From Octopus sinensis (taxonomy: Eukaryota): 64,000 nucleotides of DNA. The notes beneath the pieces were generated by a model. The model had not been told where the DNA came from, did not search any database, and saw only the letters and a program-made list of their open reading frames with translations. Positions within the stretch are counted from its first letter, which is position 1, and each line of letters starts with the position of its first letter. Of the stretch, positions 50,656 through 62,187 are shown piece by piece. Location of the stretch: positions 84,758 to 148,757 of the forward strand of contig NW_021833076.1 of the NCBI RefSeq assembly GCF_006345805.1, written 5' to 3'. A program made the position numbers and the translations under genes.

Positions 50656-52658
50656 TGACTCAGTTGATCATGATTTTTTGTTTCACGTTTTGGATTGTTC
50701 TGGAATCCCGCTTTGGATCGTAAACTTTGTGAAGAGCGTAGTTAAGAAGTGGGCAGTAAAGCTGCATATGGAAGGTAGAAGAATTGGATCAGTGAAGTTA
50801 AACCGAGGAATTTTACAGGGAGACTCATTGTCTCCTTTACTATTTGTTATGGTATTAGATCCTCTAAGCAGGATCCTTAATTCCGTGTTTCCAAAACTTG
50901 AAATTAACCAGGAAGATCCCAATATGTTAACATATTCTACTAATCATTTGCTATTTATTGACGATCTAAAAATATTTGCTCTCAAACAAGACACTTTACT
51001 CAAAATGATGGAAGCTGTTAACGGATTTTTTAAAATTGTTGGTTTGGAGATGAATTCAGAAAAATCAGCGTCTAATTTGGAATCATTATCATGTTGTAAG
51101 ACTATTGACGGAATCAGTGGATATCGGTATTTGGGTGTACTTGAAGATGGTGGAAGCAATGTTCTTAAGAATAGAGTTATGGACTCTATCTTTGAGAATG
51201 TTAAGAAGAGGATAACTATGCTATCGAAAACAAAACTCAACTCTGTGAATCTGTTTCGTGCTATAAATGAATATGCATTGTCACTATATAAAAATTATAT
51301 TGGGCTAATCAATATTGAACCTTCTGAATTTGATGATATTGACAGACAAATACGGCAATTGCTTACGTCGCTCAGATTACATCTCAAACCTGCAAATAAA
51401 GAGAGACTGTATTTAAACCGGAAGGCTCTTGGAAGAGGGCTTTCATCAGTTACTTTCAAAAGTGAACTAATGCTCTTTCAGTTCCTTACGAGTCTGGAAA
51501 ATATGTCAACTATATGCTTACGGAGGGCGGGGATTCTGCGTGTAATTAAAATGAATAAATGGCATTTGGCTATGATCGCAGGATTTCTATCCTCCAAATA
51601 TGCAATTATTGATAAGAAGAGTATTACTATGGAGTCTCTAAAGTTCAGTCAGATACAATATTTACAAAAGAAAATTAGTTCTAAAGCACTACATTCTGTG
51701 CTTTTCAAATGTGTGGATGAACCTAATGTTGATTTACCTGCATCCTCAGAATGGCTATCTAATGGAAATAATGGGCCACGAAGCGAAGCATTGTATTCTC
51801 TTTTGCAAGATCGAAACTTGTTCTTTGCATCCGCTGACTCATTATGCAATCATTGTAAGAAAAGCAAGAAAACTGTTGACCACATGGCTATCAGTGTGGT
51901 AAAATGCTCAACAGTGATTATCTCCGGAGACACAACGAAGTTGTGAAGTGTATTCACCTTAACTTGTGCCGAATGTATGGACTCAAAAAACAAGACGATT
52001 GAAGGGACATTCTGTTCAGTCAACACTGTCGACGGGAAAAGTTGAAATCAGGGTTGATTCTACAATCCTCACCGAAACAAAAGTAGAATATAACAAGCCA
52101 GATATCTTTGTCCATGACAAAGTCAGAAACGAAATAAATCTAATTGAAGTGGGTATTACTTCACAGGATCGCCTCAAGCAAGTGGAGGTTGAAAAGTGTC
52201 ACAAGTATGACCTATTGGCAAGTGAGCTTTCGCTTCTGTATAGCTGTCAAGTAAAAATAATTCTGTGGTTATGACATGGGATGGAGTTGTCTCGAAATGC
52301 TTCAAAAATTATATGAAGAACTATCTATTGAAGCAGGAACGAGGACATACATCCAATCCGTTGTACTGAAAAGAACGCTCGAGAGTATGATGATCGAACA
52401 CAAGCACGGAATGAAGGTATCTGGTGAAGAATACGCTTCTGCTTCCAACCGGTATGTGGAGATGGCATGCAAAAATGAAGACGACCCATGAATGCTAAAG
52501 AAGATGCAATGGTTGAATCAGATGTGGTAGTGGGGAGTAAGAGGCAGCTGAAAGTAGACTCTTCTTCCAAGAGAAGGAGAGTGGATATCAGCGAGCTGGA
52601 GTGAGATCTGCTTAGTTTCTGATTAACTATTATTTATTATTGGTTTAAAACGTTATAT
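50656..52658 (+). mobile_element. 5'-truncated R4-like non-LTR retrotransposon inserted in the Ginger TIR
   Basis: GILQGDSLSPLLF, LLFIDDLK, CNHCKKSKKTVDH, KPDIFVHDK..LIEVGIT; flanked by duplicated TGTGAC (50650-50655, 52659-52664). Confidence 0.9.
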
Positions 52659-52799
52659 TGTGACATGGGCCAAATGATACGTATGGGATGCGCGTTACAC
52701 TGACCTTCAATTAATGTTAATCTGTCAATTTATCGATAAACTTCAAACACTCTTATTATTCAATTATCTATTACAAAAATAATTAATTTAATGACGCCA

Positions 52800-54260
52800 C
52801 ATATGTGACCACCATGCTCTGTCCTAGAGGACCTTCGCGTAATTATCCCTGCCCTCTCATCTATTGGTCTTGAGATAAACTCTGCCAAATCCGAAGCTAT
52901 AAATCTCAATATCCCACACGGAATTTTTGTCGAAACTATGGCCGTTCTGGAAGATATTTTAAAAGGCGTGCGGATCACCGATAAAAAAAACCTCCTCATC
53001 CTTGGCTCCCCAATTGGTCGCGAGGCTTTGTCTCAAACTCTTATTGACAAGGCAGCTGTTCTGTCATGCATTATTCAAAGACTCTCTCTCATCGACGCTC
53101 ATGTCGGGTTCTTCTTCTCCGTAATTACTTTTCAACTCCGAAGCTCCTATATACATTAAGAAGCTCTCCGTGTTTTCTCGAACAAAATCTCCTTTCCGTT
53201 ATTGAAAATATTCTGAAGTCCGGAGCAGAGTCGCTATGCAACGTACGTTTCGACCCTCTGGGTTGGATTCAATCCACCCTGCCTGTAAGCCGCGGTTGGA
53301 TTGGACTCCGTTCTCCCGTGTCTATCGCTCTTCCTGCTTTCATTTCGTCAACTGCATCATCCGTGTCCTCACTGACATTGTTCTCAGAAACCTACCCGAA
53401 CGAAAAATGTCAGTTGATCACGTGGCCGCTTTGGACCTGTGGGATTCATTGTACACAAAAGACCCAGTGACCCGTGTATCCAAGCTCAATGGGATGCCAT
53501 TTCTTGTGAAGCTCTTGACGTACATCTACGCCAAAATTTCGATCAGCACAGACTTGCATGTCTCCGCGCAGGCTGCTCCACAGGAGCGGGGCCTGGCTGG
53601 ATGCTCTCCCTGTCCCTTCCACCGGTAACCTATTAGACAAAGATTGCCTACGAATTGGTTTATCATTGCGTCTGGATTGGAAATCTGCGAAATACACAAA
53701 TGTCGTTGTGGTGCTGTCATTGACCGTTTTGGTCTACATCCCCTTTCCTGTCGTCGCAGTGCAGGGCGCGCACCACGCCATGCAGCACTTAACGACGTTA
53801 TTCAGAGGGGGCTCACGGCCGCCGGAATTCCATCAATCCTTGAACCCGTTGGGCTTGCGAGGGGAGACGGAAAAAGACCCGACGGCCTATCGACTTTCCC
53901 GTTTGAGTTCGGCAAGTCTCTGTTATGGGATGCGACGTGTTCAGACACTTTCTCGGAGCTCAACCTTCCTTCTTCAGCTGTCGAGGCTGGCTCAGTCTCT
54001 CGCAAAGCCGAGAAGATGAAGATTGGAAGTTACAAGGAGCTCTCTGAACGGTATCGTTCACTCCAACGCCGTCGAGACTTCCGGGGTCATCGGCGAAAAG
54101 TCTCTTTCCTTCTTTCTAAAAGCTTGGCCGCATGATCTCCCATAAACGGGGAGACCCACGCGAGTCCAATTGGCTTTTCGAAAGGATTTCCTTGGCCATA
54201 GTACGTGGAAACTGTGTTTCCATTTACGGGCCGGAAATTTAGTTAGTTAATAACTATTTG
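52800..54260 (+). mobile_element. CRE-like non-LTR retrotransposon, 3' portion
   Basis: LILGSPIG, STPKLLYTLRSSP, QSTLPVSRGWIGLR, SGAWLDALP, CRCG...HPLSC...RHAALND, GKRPDGL...LLWDATC (CCHC + RLE). Confidence 0.88.
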
Positions 54261-56259
54261 TTAATTACATATAACTATCAAAAAAAAAATTAATTTATTA
54301 AGTTTTTAATCCTGTCCATCCCGACAATAGAATTGTCCCATTTGAGTGTTTAATTTATTAAATAAATAAATCTGCGCGATTATTCGACAAAATATTTATT
54401 ATTTCAGCTGGTGGATAGTACTGTGATTCGAATTTATCCAGTCGCAGCGATGGATTAGTTCCAATTAATTCGAATCTATTTATTAATTTTTTATATCTTA
54501 CTTTATCACCGACATTATAATCATACAAACATTCATTTTCCTGTTCATAGCTTTGTAATAATTAGAAGTTTCACCAATGGCTTTCCTTATACATTTGAAT
54601 CCGGATAGGAACATTTTGACTCGGAATTATTTACGTACACTCAACCCTCTCAAATTGGCATCAATGACCGTTAAAATCCATTTAAGTCTATAAGATCTAT
54701 CTGAAAACATTCATTAGGATAAGAAGCAAAAACATGGTGATTTATCCAATCTACAACAAAAAATGCTTATACTTTTAAAGGACTTGAAAATTCACAGACT
54801 TGACAACTTCGAATTACTTTTCTGATTATGTCATTCTTTACAGTAAAGTAGCTTTGTCGGCACTGATATTCAATTTTATTCACTCCTCCGTGAGAACACT
54901 TGTGCAATGTTTTTGCAACAAGCTCCATTTCAGATTCAATATCCATAGTAATGACTAACTTGGATCAGAGGATTTAAGATACAATCTGAAACTTATTGCG
55001 CATTCAAAATACCTTTCATTTATGATAGTAAAATTCTCTATTTTATCAGCAGGCCTATTTTTTTATACCTCAAAAAATTTTCTGGAAATTTACCAGCCAA
55101 TGCATCCTTTAAAATCTCATATTCGATAATGTCTTTAACAAAACCCTTGTAAGAACTCATTACAACAAGATAAAACAAGAAAAAACACGCTAGAAATGTA
55201 GGTTTGCCAAGTTAAAAAATTATAATCTTAATAATTGTTACATTAATAAATTAAAGATAATTCAACATGTTTAAAATCGATTAATTTAATATATTTTTGT
55301 CACTATAAAAAATTAAATTTCGGCTAATCAAAGAATTCTAATTTGACAGTTTCAATGTCAAAAAATGTAACGCGCGGCCCATGCGTAACGCGCTGCCCAT
55401 GTCACATATTATGACATATTGTCAACATTTGACGGAACTAGAAGCGGATATATCTCTTAGATTCAAAGATTTGTTTGATTTGGAATTTGAAGCATGGATG
55501 ATTGATCCGTTTTCATGTGTGCCAGAAGATATGAACGAAACAATCCAAGAAGAGATAATTGAATTGAAATATAATGAAGAATATATTCACAGATTTCAAC
55601 AGGATGGTATCTCTAAATTTTGGCAATCAAAAGATCTACAAATGAAATTTCCAAATTTATGGAAGGAAATGAGTAATGCATTATTGACATTCCCTACCAT
55701 TTATTTAGTTGAAAGTGGATTTAGTTTTGTCAATCATAATACACAATGTGAAAGAAATAGACTGGAAGTGTGTTATAGAGGCGATATACGCCTAAAGTTG
55801 TGCAGAATTAAACCCGACATAGAATATTTAGCGAGTAAACATCAATATCAAGGGTCTCACTAATAATTTTTAATAAAAATTCAATTTTTTACATTTGATT
55901 TATTATTTTATATTTTGATTTTTGAGTTATATACAAAAAACAACCAACTAAAAGACAATGCCCAAAAATTTTTAAATTGTATGTGGACAAGGGGGCGATA
56001 AAATATCTAAGGGGGCGATGAACAAAAAAGGTTGAGAATGCCTGCATTAGCAGATCACGCCTTAATCTCTAAAAAAAACTCCTGGAAAGAAGATTATTTT
56101 TGATCTCCTGGAAGAAGCGTATTTCGAAATCACTGTTTGGAAGTTTAGGAAAGTAGGAGAGAAATGAGAACCATTTCGGTCGACAATTCTAATACTAAAC
56201 CTTAGACAAAGTGCAATCTGAACATTTTAAACAACTACATTTATTAGACTAGCAGAATG

Positions 56260-57322
56260 TTAAAAATTAAGATTTCTGTAGAAATTCATATTGGGATAGT
56301 ACTGGGATGTCTGATCAGGAGTTTGGAAATGCATTGAGGGAGGAACCAGCATTGGATTTATTGGCTTCCTCAACATACTTTCTGGGTAATATTCGTTTCG
56401 ATAATGCCCATAATGTTGATCATCTGTCACAAATGACGAAAAAAAATTATTTCCAGATCCGTTATTCTGGAGGATTTGTGGCCTTGATTAAACTGATGTT
56501 TGAAGCCCCAAATTCACAGATGTGTGTGAGGGTGGATTGGAAGGTAGGAGGCTAGAGTTGCTCGGGTTGTTTCTCCGTTCCTTGGACCTCCTGTTTTGAA
56601 ACCAGACCTAACACTAGAGACCCCACCCTGACTTGGATGACGCGAATTGGCAGTCCAGTCAATTTGGTCATTTCTTCCAATGTATGACGCGATGGCTTTT
56701 TTTCACTTTCGTACAATTCTGTAAGAAGCCCAATTTGGTGTGGTTTGATTGATGTCCTCCGTCCTCGTTGTTTGCATCTTTGGAGGTTATTGTTGGCTTC
56801 ATGCTTTGTTTGAACTTTTTCACTAATGGACTCAGGCTTTTCAGGACTCCCATTCGCTTCCGAACAATATTTAGGAGACTTTGATTTTCTTTTCGATTCC
56901 GCAGTGTTTTCAGTTTTTACTAAAAATAACTTAATTACCAAACATATATTTTTCATGCAGTAAAGTGTGGATTTATCAGCATAGGAAAAGAAGTCCCCAG
57001 TTTTGAGTTCTTTATTACAACACCGACACTTGAGGCATTCAACATGATACATATGTGACTTGATGGTATACACCAATGTATTTAGTTCAATTTGGACGTT
57101 ACACAACGGACAAAACTTAAAGTTCCTTTAAACTAAGATTTTAATAAAACATTGTATAGTCGTTAAAACAGTAAATCTCACGTAACAAAGATCTGTGAGT
57201 ACTTGAGAACAAACAGAACACTGAAGACAGTTAGTGTGATAAAATGAGTCCATAAGACGCAAATGTGGGTTTTTTGTATAAATTACTTCTTTACATTTGG
57301 TACATTTCAGTTGACCTTCCAT
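56260..57322 (-). CDS. LHX1: LIM-homeobox transcription factor, LHX1/5 (lin-11) class
   Basis: Two LIM domains (CTKCKE..HTNCLQCSVC; HVECLKCRCC) and homeodomain RGRRTSIKPHQ...PIRVIQ|VWFQNRRSKERR after removing the 25-nt intron 56608-56632; RRSKERR is the LHX1/5 signature. Confidence 0.88.
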
Positions 57323-57929
57323 GCGGGGACAGCAACTAAAAACAGTAATGATAACTACGCTAATTATATAATAGAATGTTAGAGCGGTGTCTACGCTGAA
57401 AGTCGCTCTTTGATACGTTTTTTAGCGACGCCGCAGGGGAGTGCAGTCAGATTAGCAAATACAATAAAATATATTTGAGATTAATAAAAACAAGTCATTT
57501 CCGAATCCTAGTGCAAACCATCCAACTTACTTTTAAGTACCACTCAATACCAAGCTAAAACCAAAGTATGATTATCTAACCACTGAAAATACAGTTTTTA
57601 ACAGGCGTCTTCCAATCGGGCTGTTTGAGAGTAAATAGTACCAACTGGGTTAATCACTTGAGTTCATTTTCAAAATCATGGCAATCATAACAAGTCATTT
57701 TTTTAATTATATAAGTAATTATATTGCATCTGCTCGAATTGGGTTAGTAGTTTAGTAAATTGATTTTTTGAGTTTTTGGCTAAAATCACTTTTTTTAAAG
57801 AATACATTGAAATTTAATAATTGACTAATAATATAATCAATAAGCATCTGCAATAATTCTTGTACAAAAATTATGGAATTGATTATAATCAAAAAAATAA
57901 TTGTAGTATTTCCAGACAATTATGTAAGT

Positions 57930-58690
57930 CAGTGGTTCCCAACCTTAAGGTGCTCGCGGAACCCTTTTGGGCTAATTTATTTTTTGCGGAACCCTTCCAA
58001 TTCAATTATTATAATTTCACTTAAAACATAATAGTAATAACCAAAAACAATTTTAATGTGAACATTGAGGTAATTTTTTATCATAGCATAGTTGTGTAAC
58101 GTTAGGAGTTATTGTTGACAACTGTATCCTCATATCAGCGGAAGCATTAAGTTTATTTCTATATTTTGTTTTGGTGGATGTATATATGAAAACCTTGGTA
58201 CAAATCCAGAAATTTTTCCGATCATACATTTAGCTCCATCGCTACAAACATCCACACATTTATTCCAATTTATGTTTTTTGCAAAAAAATAATTTTTAAT
58301 AGTGTTGAAAATATTTTCCCCAGTACAATTACGCTCCAACGATTCGCTCATTAACATGTCTTCTTCAATAATATCGTCAAAAGGGTATCGAACGAAAACC
58401 AATAAAACTGCCAATCCTTCAACATCAGTAGATTCATCAATTTGAATAGCGAAACCATTCGAATTATTCAAACGAATTAGTAACTGTGTTTCAATATTTT
58501 TAGAAAGTTCCTGAATTCGCCTTGAAATAGTATTATTTGACAAAGGAACAAGATCCAGTTTCTTAGACATTTGTTCGCCATAAATACACTCGATGATTTT
58601 TTTTGAACATGGCTTTATAAGATTTTCGGCAATTGTATGTGTCTCTCCACAACGTGCTACAAGATAACTCACCTGTTTGATTAAAAAATG
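57930..58690 (-). mobile_element. Truncated Buster-type hAT (one end + transposase fragment)
   Basis: Terminal CAGTGGTTCCCAACC with GCGGAACCC repeats; GETHTIAENLIKPC, PLSNNTISRRI, AIQIDESTDV, DVCSDGAKCM. Confidence 0.8.
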
Positions 58691-58841
58691 CCATCCCTCT
58701 CAGCAGTAGGGTACCATCCCTCGAACCCGTAGGTAAGCAATGGTTCGACGCACGTTTTATAAACATATAAAAACATTTCCGGACACGATATTTATATTTT
58801 ATTCAAAAAAATGATAGGTCTAATTAACCGAAAGGAAAGTA

Positions 58842-61200
58842 CAGTGACTCCTCTGAAATTGGCCATTTTTGGTTCCACGTGTTTTTGTGGTCAATTCGAG
58901 AAATGGCCAATTTGAGAAATAAAATCAATCTTTTGTGTAAATTAAATTTTGAATAAGAACAACTTTTATCCAGAAAATTTTAAGTAATTACTAATTAAGC
59001 ATTATTAATGTTCTTAAAGTAGAATTGGATGCCCATCTGCTTTTTTTGAGTTTTAATGACATTTTCCTTATAGCGCCTTATGGATGTAATCAATTGAACT
59101 TCATGTTCGTTCTCAATGTTTTTTAGGAGGTCGTTTTCAATTTTAGTTAACTTAACCACAATGTCTTCTTTGTCAATTGAATCATCGGATTCTACTTCAG
59201 CTTCTACTACTTCTTCATTTTTTATATTTTCAATATCCTCAACGTCTTGAAATGTATCATTTTCAGAATATTCAAAATTAAGAAATTCTTCGACTTCTAA
59301 GGGATCAAAAATGTCAGTTTTTTCTACTGCAATATCTTGAACTTCAACTACATGATTCTTTTTGAATGGGTTGCTTAAAATTCCGAAACAATTTGCAATC
59401 GTTTTTTCAGACACATCTTCCCAAGCCATTTTTACGAAAATTACAGTATCCTTTAGAGCAGGGCTGGCCAACCCAAGGCCCGCGGGCCGCATGCGGCCCG
59501 CGAGAGAAATTTTGTATGTAGTTAACCTATAAATACATTCAAGATAAATTTTTCTTAAGTTTAATAAATAAAGATAAATTTTATAAGTTTAATAAATTTT
59601 AAAGTTTATCTATTTTTGTAGCTGTTATCAATATGAAGAAAAGGAAAATTTTTGAAGAAAACAGGCAATTCAGCAATCATTGGGAAGAAGATTACTTTTT
59701 TATAATGCATAATTCCAAGCCAACATGTTTAATTTGCAAGGAGAAAGTATCGGTGGTGAAAGAGTACAATGTAAGAAGACATTATGAAACAAAGCATTCC
59801 GAATACGCGAAATTTAGTAAGGAATTGAAAACAAGGAAACTGGATTCGCTTAAATCTGAATTGAGAAATCAGCAAAGACTATTAAATTCATCGATACACT
59901 CTTCTTCTGATACTGTTAAAGCAAGCTACTCTGTTGCAATGATAATTTCAAAGAGAATGAAATCATTTTCGGATGGAGAATTCGTAAAAGAGTGTTTGGA
60001 TGCTGTCGTGAAAGACATTTTGCCAGATAAAACTAAAAAGTTTTCAAACATTAGCTTGTCACGTCAAACCATATGTCGCAGGGTTAATGACATTTCAAAT
60101 GAAATTGTGGTGACTTTGCGTGATCAAATAAAATATTTCAAAAGTTATTCTTTGGCCTTTGACGAATGCACGGATATATCAGACACGTCTCAACTTGTAG
60201 TATATATTCGTGGAGTTACCGAATCTTTCAAGTGAAACAAGAAATGCTTAACCTTGTCAGTTTGAAAGATACTACAAAGGGCGAAGATATTTTCCAAGCT
60301 GTTATGAAATGTTTATCCGACAATGGAGCGAATTTAGAGACCCTTGCTGGATTGACAACAGATGGGGCGCCGGCTATGATTGGAAGAAATAAAGGAGTTG
60401 TAAAGCTAATAATGGATGAGATGGAGTCAAGAAGCATAAAAAATGATTTATTTGTAATACACTGCTTGATACATCAACACAATTTGTGCGCGCAAGTGTT
60501 GTCTATGAACCATGTTATGAGTGTGGTTATAAGAACTATAAACTTCATTCGTTCTCATTACTAAATAAAATCTTATCTGTGTTGTTTTGATATCTATCCT
60601 TAGTATGTACATGTATATGCGGCCCGCGGAAAGGATTCATTTGGACAAAGTGGCCCGCGATGCGATTTGGGTTGGCCAGGCCTGCTTTAGAGTTAACTTT
60701 TTGTAGGAACTGTATACTGAAATATTTTGCTGTTCCAACAAATCAGTCAAATACATTAACTTGTGTCGAGTAAAATGTGTTTTAAATGTTTTTATTATAC
60801 CCAAATCCATAGGTTGAATAAGACCAGTACTATTTGGAGGAAAAAACAATATTTTTATGTTATCCAAATTTGATGGAACACAATGTGAAGGACAATTGTC
60901 CATGAGAAGTAAAATTTGCTTTTTTTCATTTTTGAGATGGTAATCAAAGTTTAATAGCCAGTAGTAAAAATTGTTCCTGTCATCCAAGCTCGTTTTGAGC
61001 TATAATAATCAATGAAACATTTATAGTCATAAGATTTAAAGCATCTTGGCATTTTAGGTTTCGAGATCATCACAGGTTTCAATTTATGATTTCCACTCAT
61101 ATTTGAACATAGCATAATAGAAACACGATCTTTGAAATTTTTATATCCTTGAAATCTGTTTCTACAAATACTCTTCGAAGGAATCAGCTTGTAATATGTC
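58842..61200 (-). mobile_element. pogo/Tigger element (lineage C, intronless), interrupted by hAT
   Basis: TA|CAGTGACTCCTCT end; KDRVSIMLCSNMSG, KRAWMT, MDNCPSH, IQPMDLGII; KLTLK|DTVIF rejoins across the hAT. Confidence 0.88.
59459..60684 (+). mobile_element. Internally deleted hAT (SPIN/GTF2IRD2-like), 1226 bp
   Basis: TIRs CAGGGCTGGCCAACCC / GGGTTGGCCAGGCCTG, perfect TSD CTTTAGAG, CLICKE..KEYNVRRHYETKH, AFDECTD, TTDGAPAM, HCLIHQ. Confidence 0.95.
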
Positions 61201-61482
61201 ACATGCACAACGCGCCCTACGCCCTGAGCGCACATTATTGATTCGCTAATAAATATACCGATTCAAAAGGCCAATTGAAATAAAGACAAACGTTCCGAAC
61301 TAATGATTGAACTTTAAATTTTTGAAAAAATGATGTTTTATATTTGAACCATGTTTGCTTTAAAATAGTAAAATTATTTACAACATTAGCAAATTATAAT
61401 GTGAATTATTTTTATTTTTGATATTATAAATTGCAACATTAGCAAATTATAATTACATCAATTTTTTGGCAAGTTTAACAAC

Positions 61483-61659
61483 TTTAACTCTAACCTTAAC
61501 TCTAACTATAAATGATTTCAACGTTATTTATAACATATTCATCATAAAAAAGGCACTAAGAAAACAGACCCTAACCCTAATCCCTGACCCTAAAACTGAC
61601 GCTAACATGACCCAACCCCTGATCCTGACCCAAACCCCGACCCTAACCCTGACCCTAAT
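61483..61659 (-). repeat. Degenerate interstitial telomere-like (CCCTAA-related) tract
   Basis: ccctaaccctaatccctgaccctaa...ccctaaccctgaccctaa and ttaactctaaccttaac. Confidence 0.6.
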
Positions 61660-61849
61660 CAACCGGGTGGGCTCGTATTCACCTGTCACATTTCTTATAT
61701 AATTCTTTTGTTTGGAAAACCAAACGTGAACAATTCATAATATATAGCGTGCGTAATATTTAATTAAAATTTGATGAAAAAAGATATTAACAAATTATAA
61801 ACCTTAAATGTTTAATAAAAATTAATTATGTAAATTCTATCTTAAATTA

Positions 61850-62053
61850 TTTAAGAATCCAGATCGTCAGTGATTTCTCTTCTTCGCTTGGAAGAATAGT
61901 TTGCAACAAAATTCTCATCATTTTCCATTTCTGCGTCAAAGTAATTGTTCAACTGAGTGTCCTCACGACATGCCAGCTCCGCAAGTTGATTGGCGGCAGA
62001 GGCGTACTCCTCGTTGTCTACCTTCATCCCATGTCTGTGTTCATAAGCATACT
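61850..62053 (-). mobile_element. 3' end fragment of an R4-like element
   Basis: LESML..HRHGMKVDNEEYASAANQLAELAC homologous to 52380-52470. Confidence 0.7.
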
Positions 62054-62061
62054 CTCTAGAG

Positions 62062-62175
62062 CAGAGGTTTCCAATGGGGAGGCGCGCTCCTAGGAGGCGT
62101 TGACTCGTGTCAAGGGAGGCGCGAAAAGTATTTCAGAAACATTTTTTAGAAAATTATATCTATTTAAAAAACGTG
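62062..62175 (+). mobile_element. Left end of a Buster-type hAT
   Basis: CAGAGGTTTCCAA with GGAGGCGCG repeats preceded by nnnTAnnn site CTCTAGAG; other end not in window. Confidence 0.65.
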
Positions 62176-62187
62176 ACTATTTCCGAT

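Larger units (their letters stand above)
50650..55406 (-). mobile_element. Ginger-like integrase DNA transposon (TGT...ACA ends)
   Basis: TIR TGTGACATGGGC (52659 continuation, 55395-55406 inverted) with shared GCGCGTTACA, 5-bp TSD TATTA (50645-50649, 55407-55411); minus-strand HKCSHGG...IRSCQVC and YPNECFQIDLIDL..KWILTVID at 54.6-54.9 kb. Confidence 0.8.
49944..55863 (+). pseudogene. hAT transposase split into 49944-50649 and 55407-55863 by a Ginger-like insertion
   Basis: BED finger CLIC...NEAMKPSRL..HL..KH, LLHTEVRWLSKG, and FPTIYLVESGFS...KPDIEYLASKHQYQGSH; removing the insert restores ..QNNIMTYCQHL; internal deletion removes the first catalytic D region. Confidence 0.88.
45423..56044 (+). 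mobile_element. Buster-type hAT element expanded to 10.6 kb by nested insertions
   Basis: TIRs CAGGTGTTCTCAACC / GGTTGAGAATGCCTG, paired GGGGGCGA subterminal motifs at both ends, perfect TSD CATTAGCA (45415-45422, 56045-56052). Confidence 0.92.

Noticed and set aside
52780-54300. Site-specific insertion of CRE-like elements into spliced-leader or snRNA genes
   Set aside because: Flanks of both CRE-like pieces show no shared target or recognisable RNA gene.
58660-58690. CAG|GTGAG splice donor in the hAT fragment
   Set aside because: GTG AGT TAT encodes the conserved VSY of Buster transposases; it is a deletion junction, not an intron.
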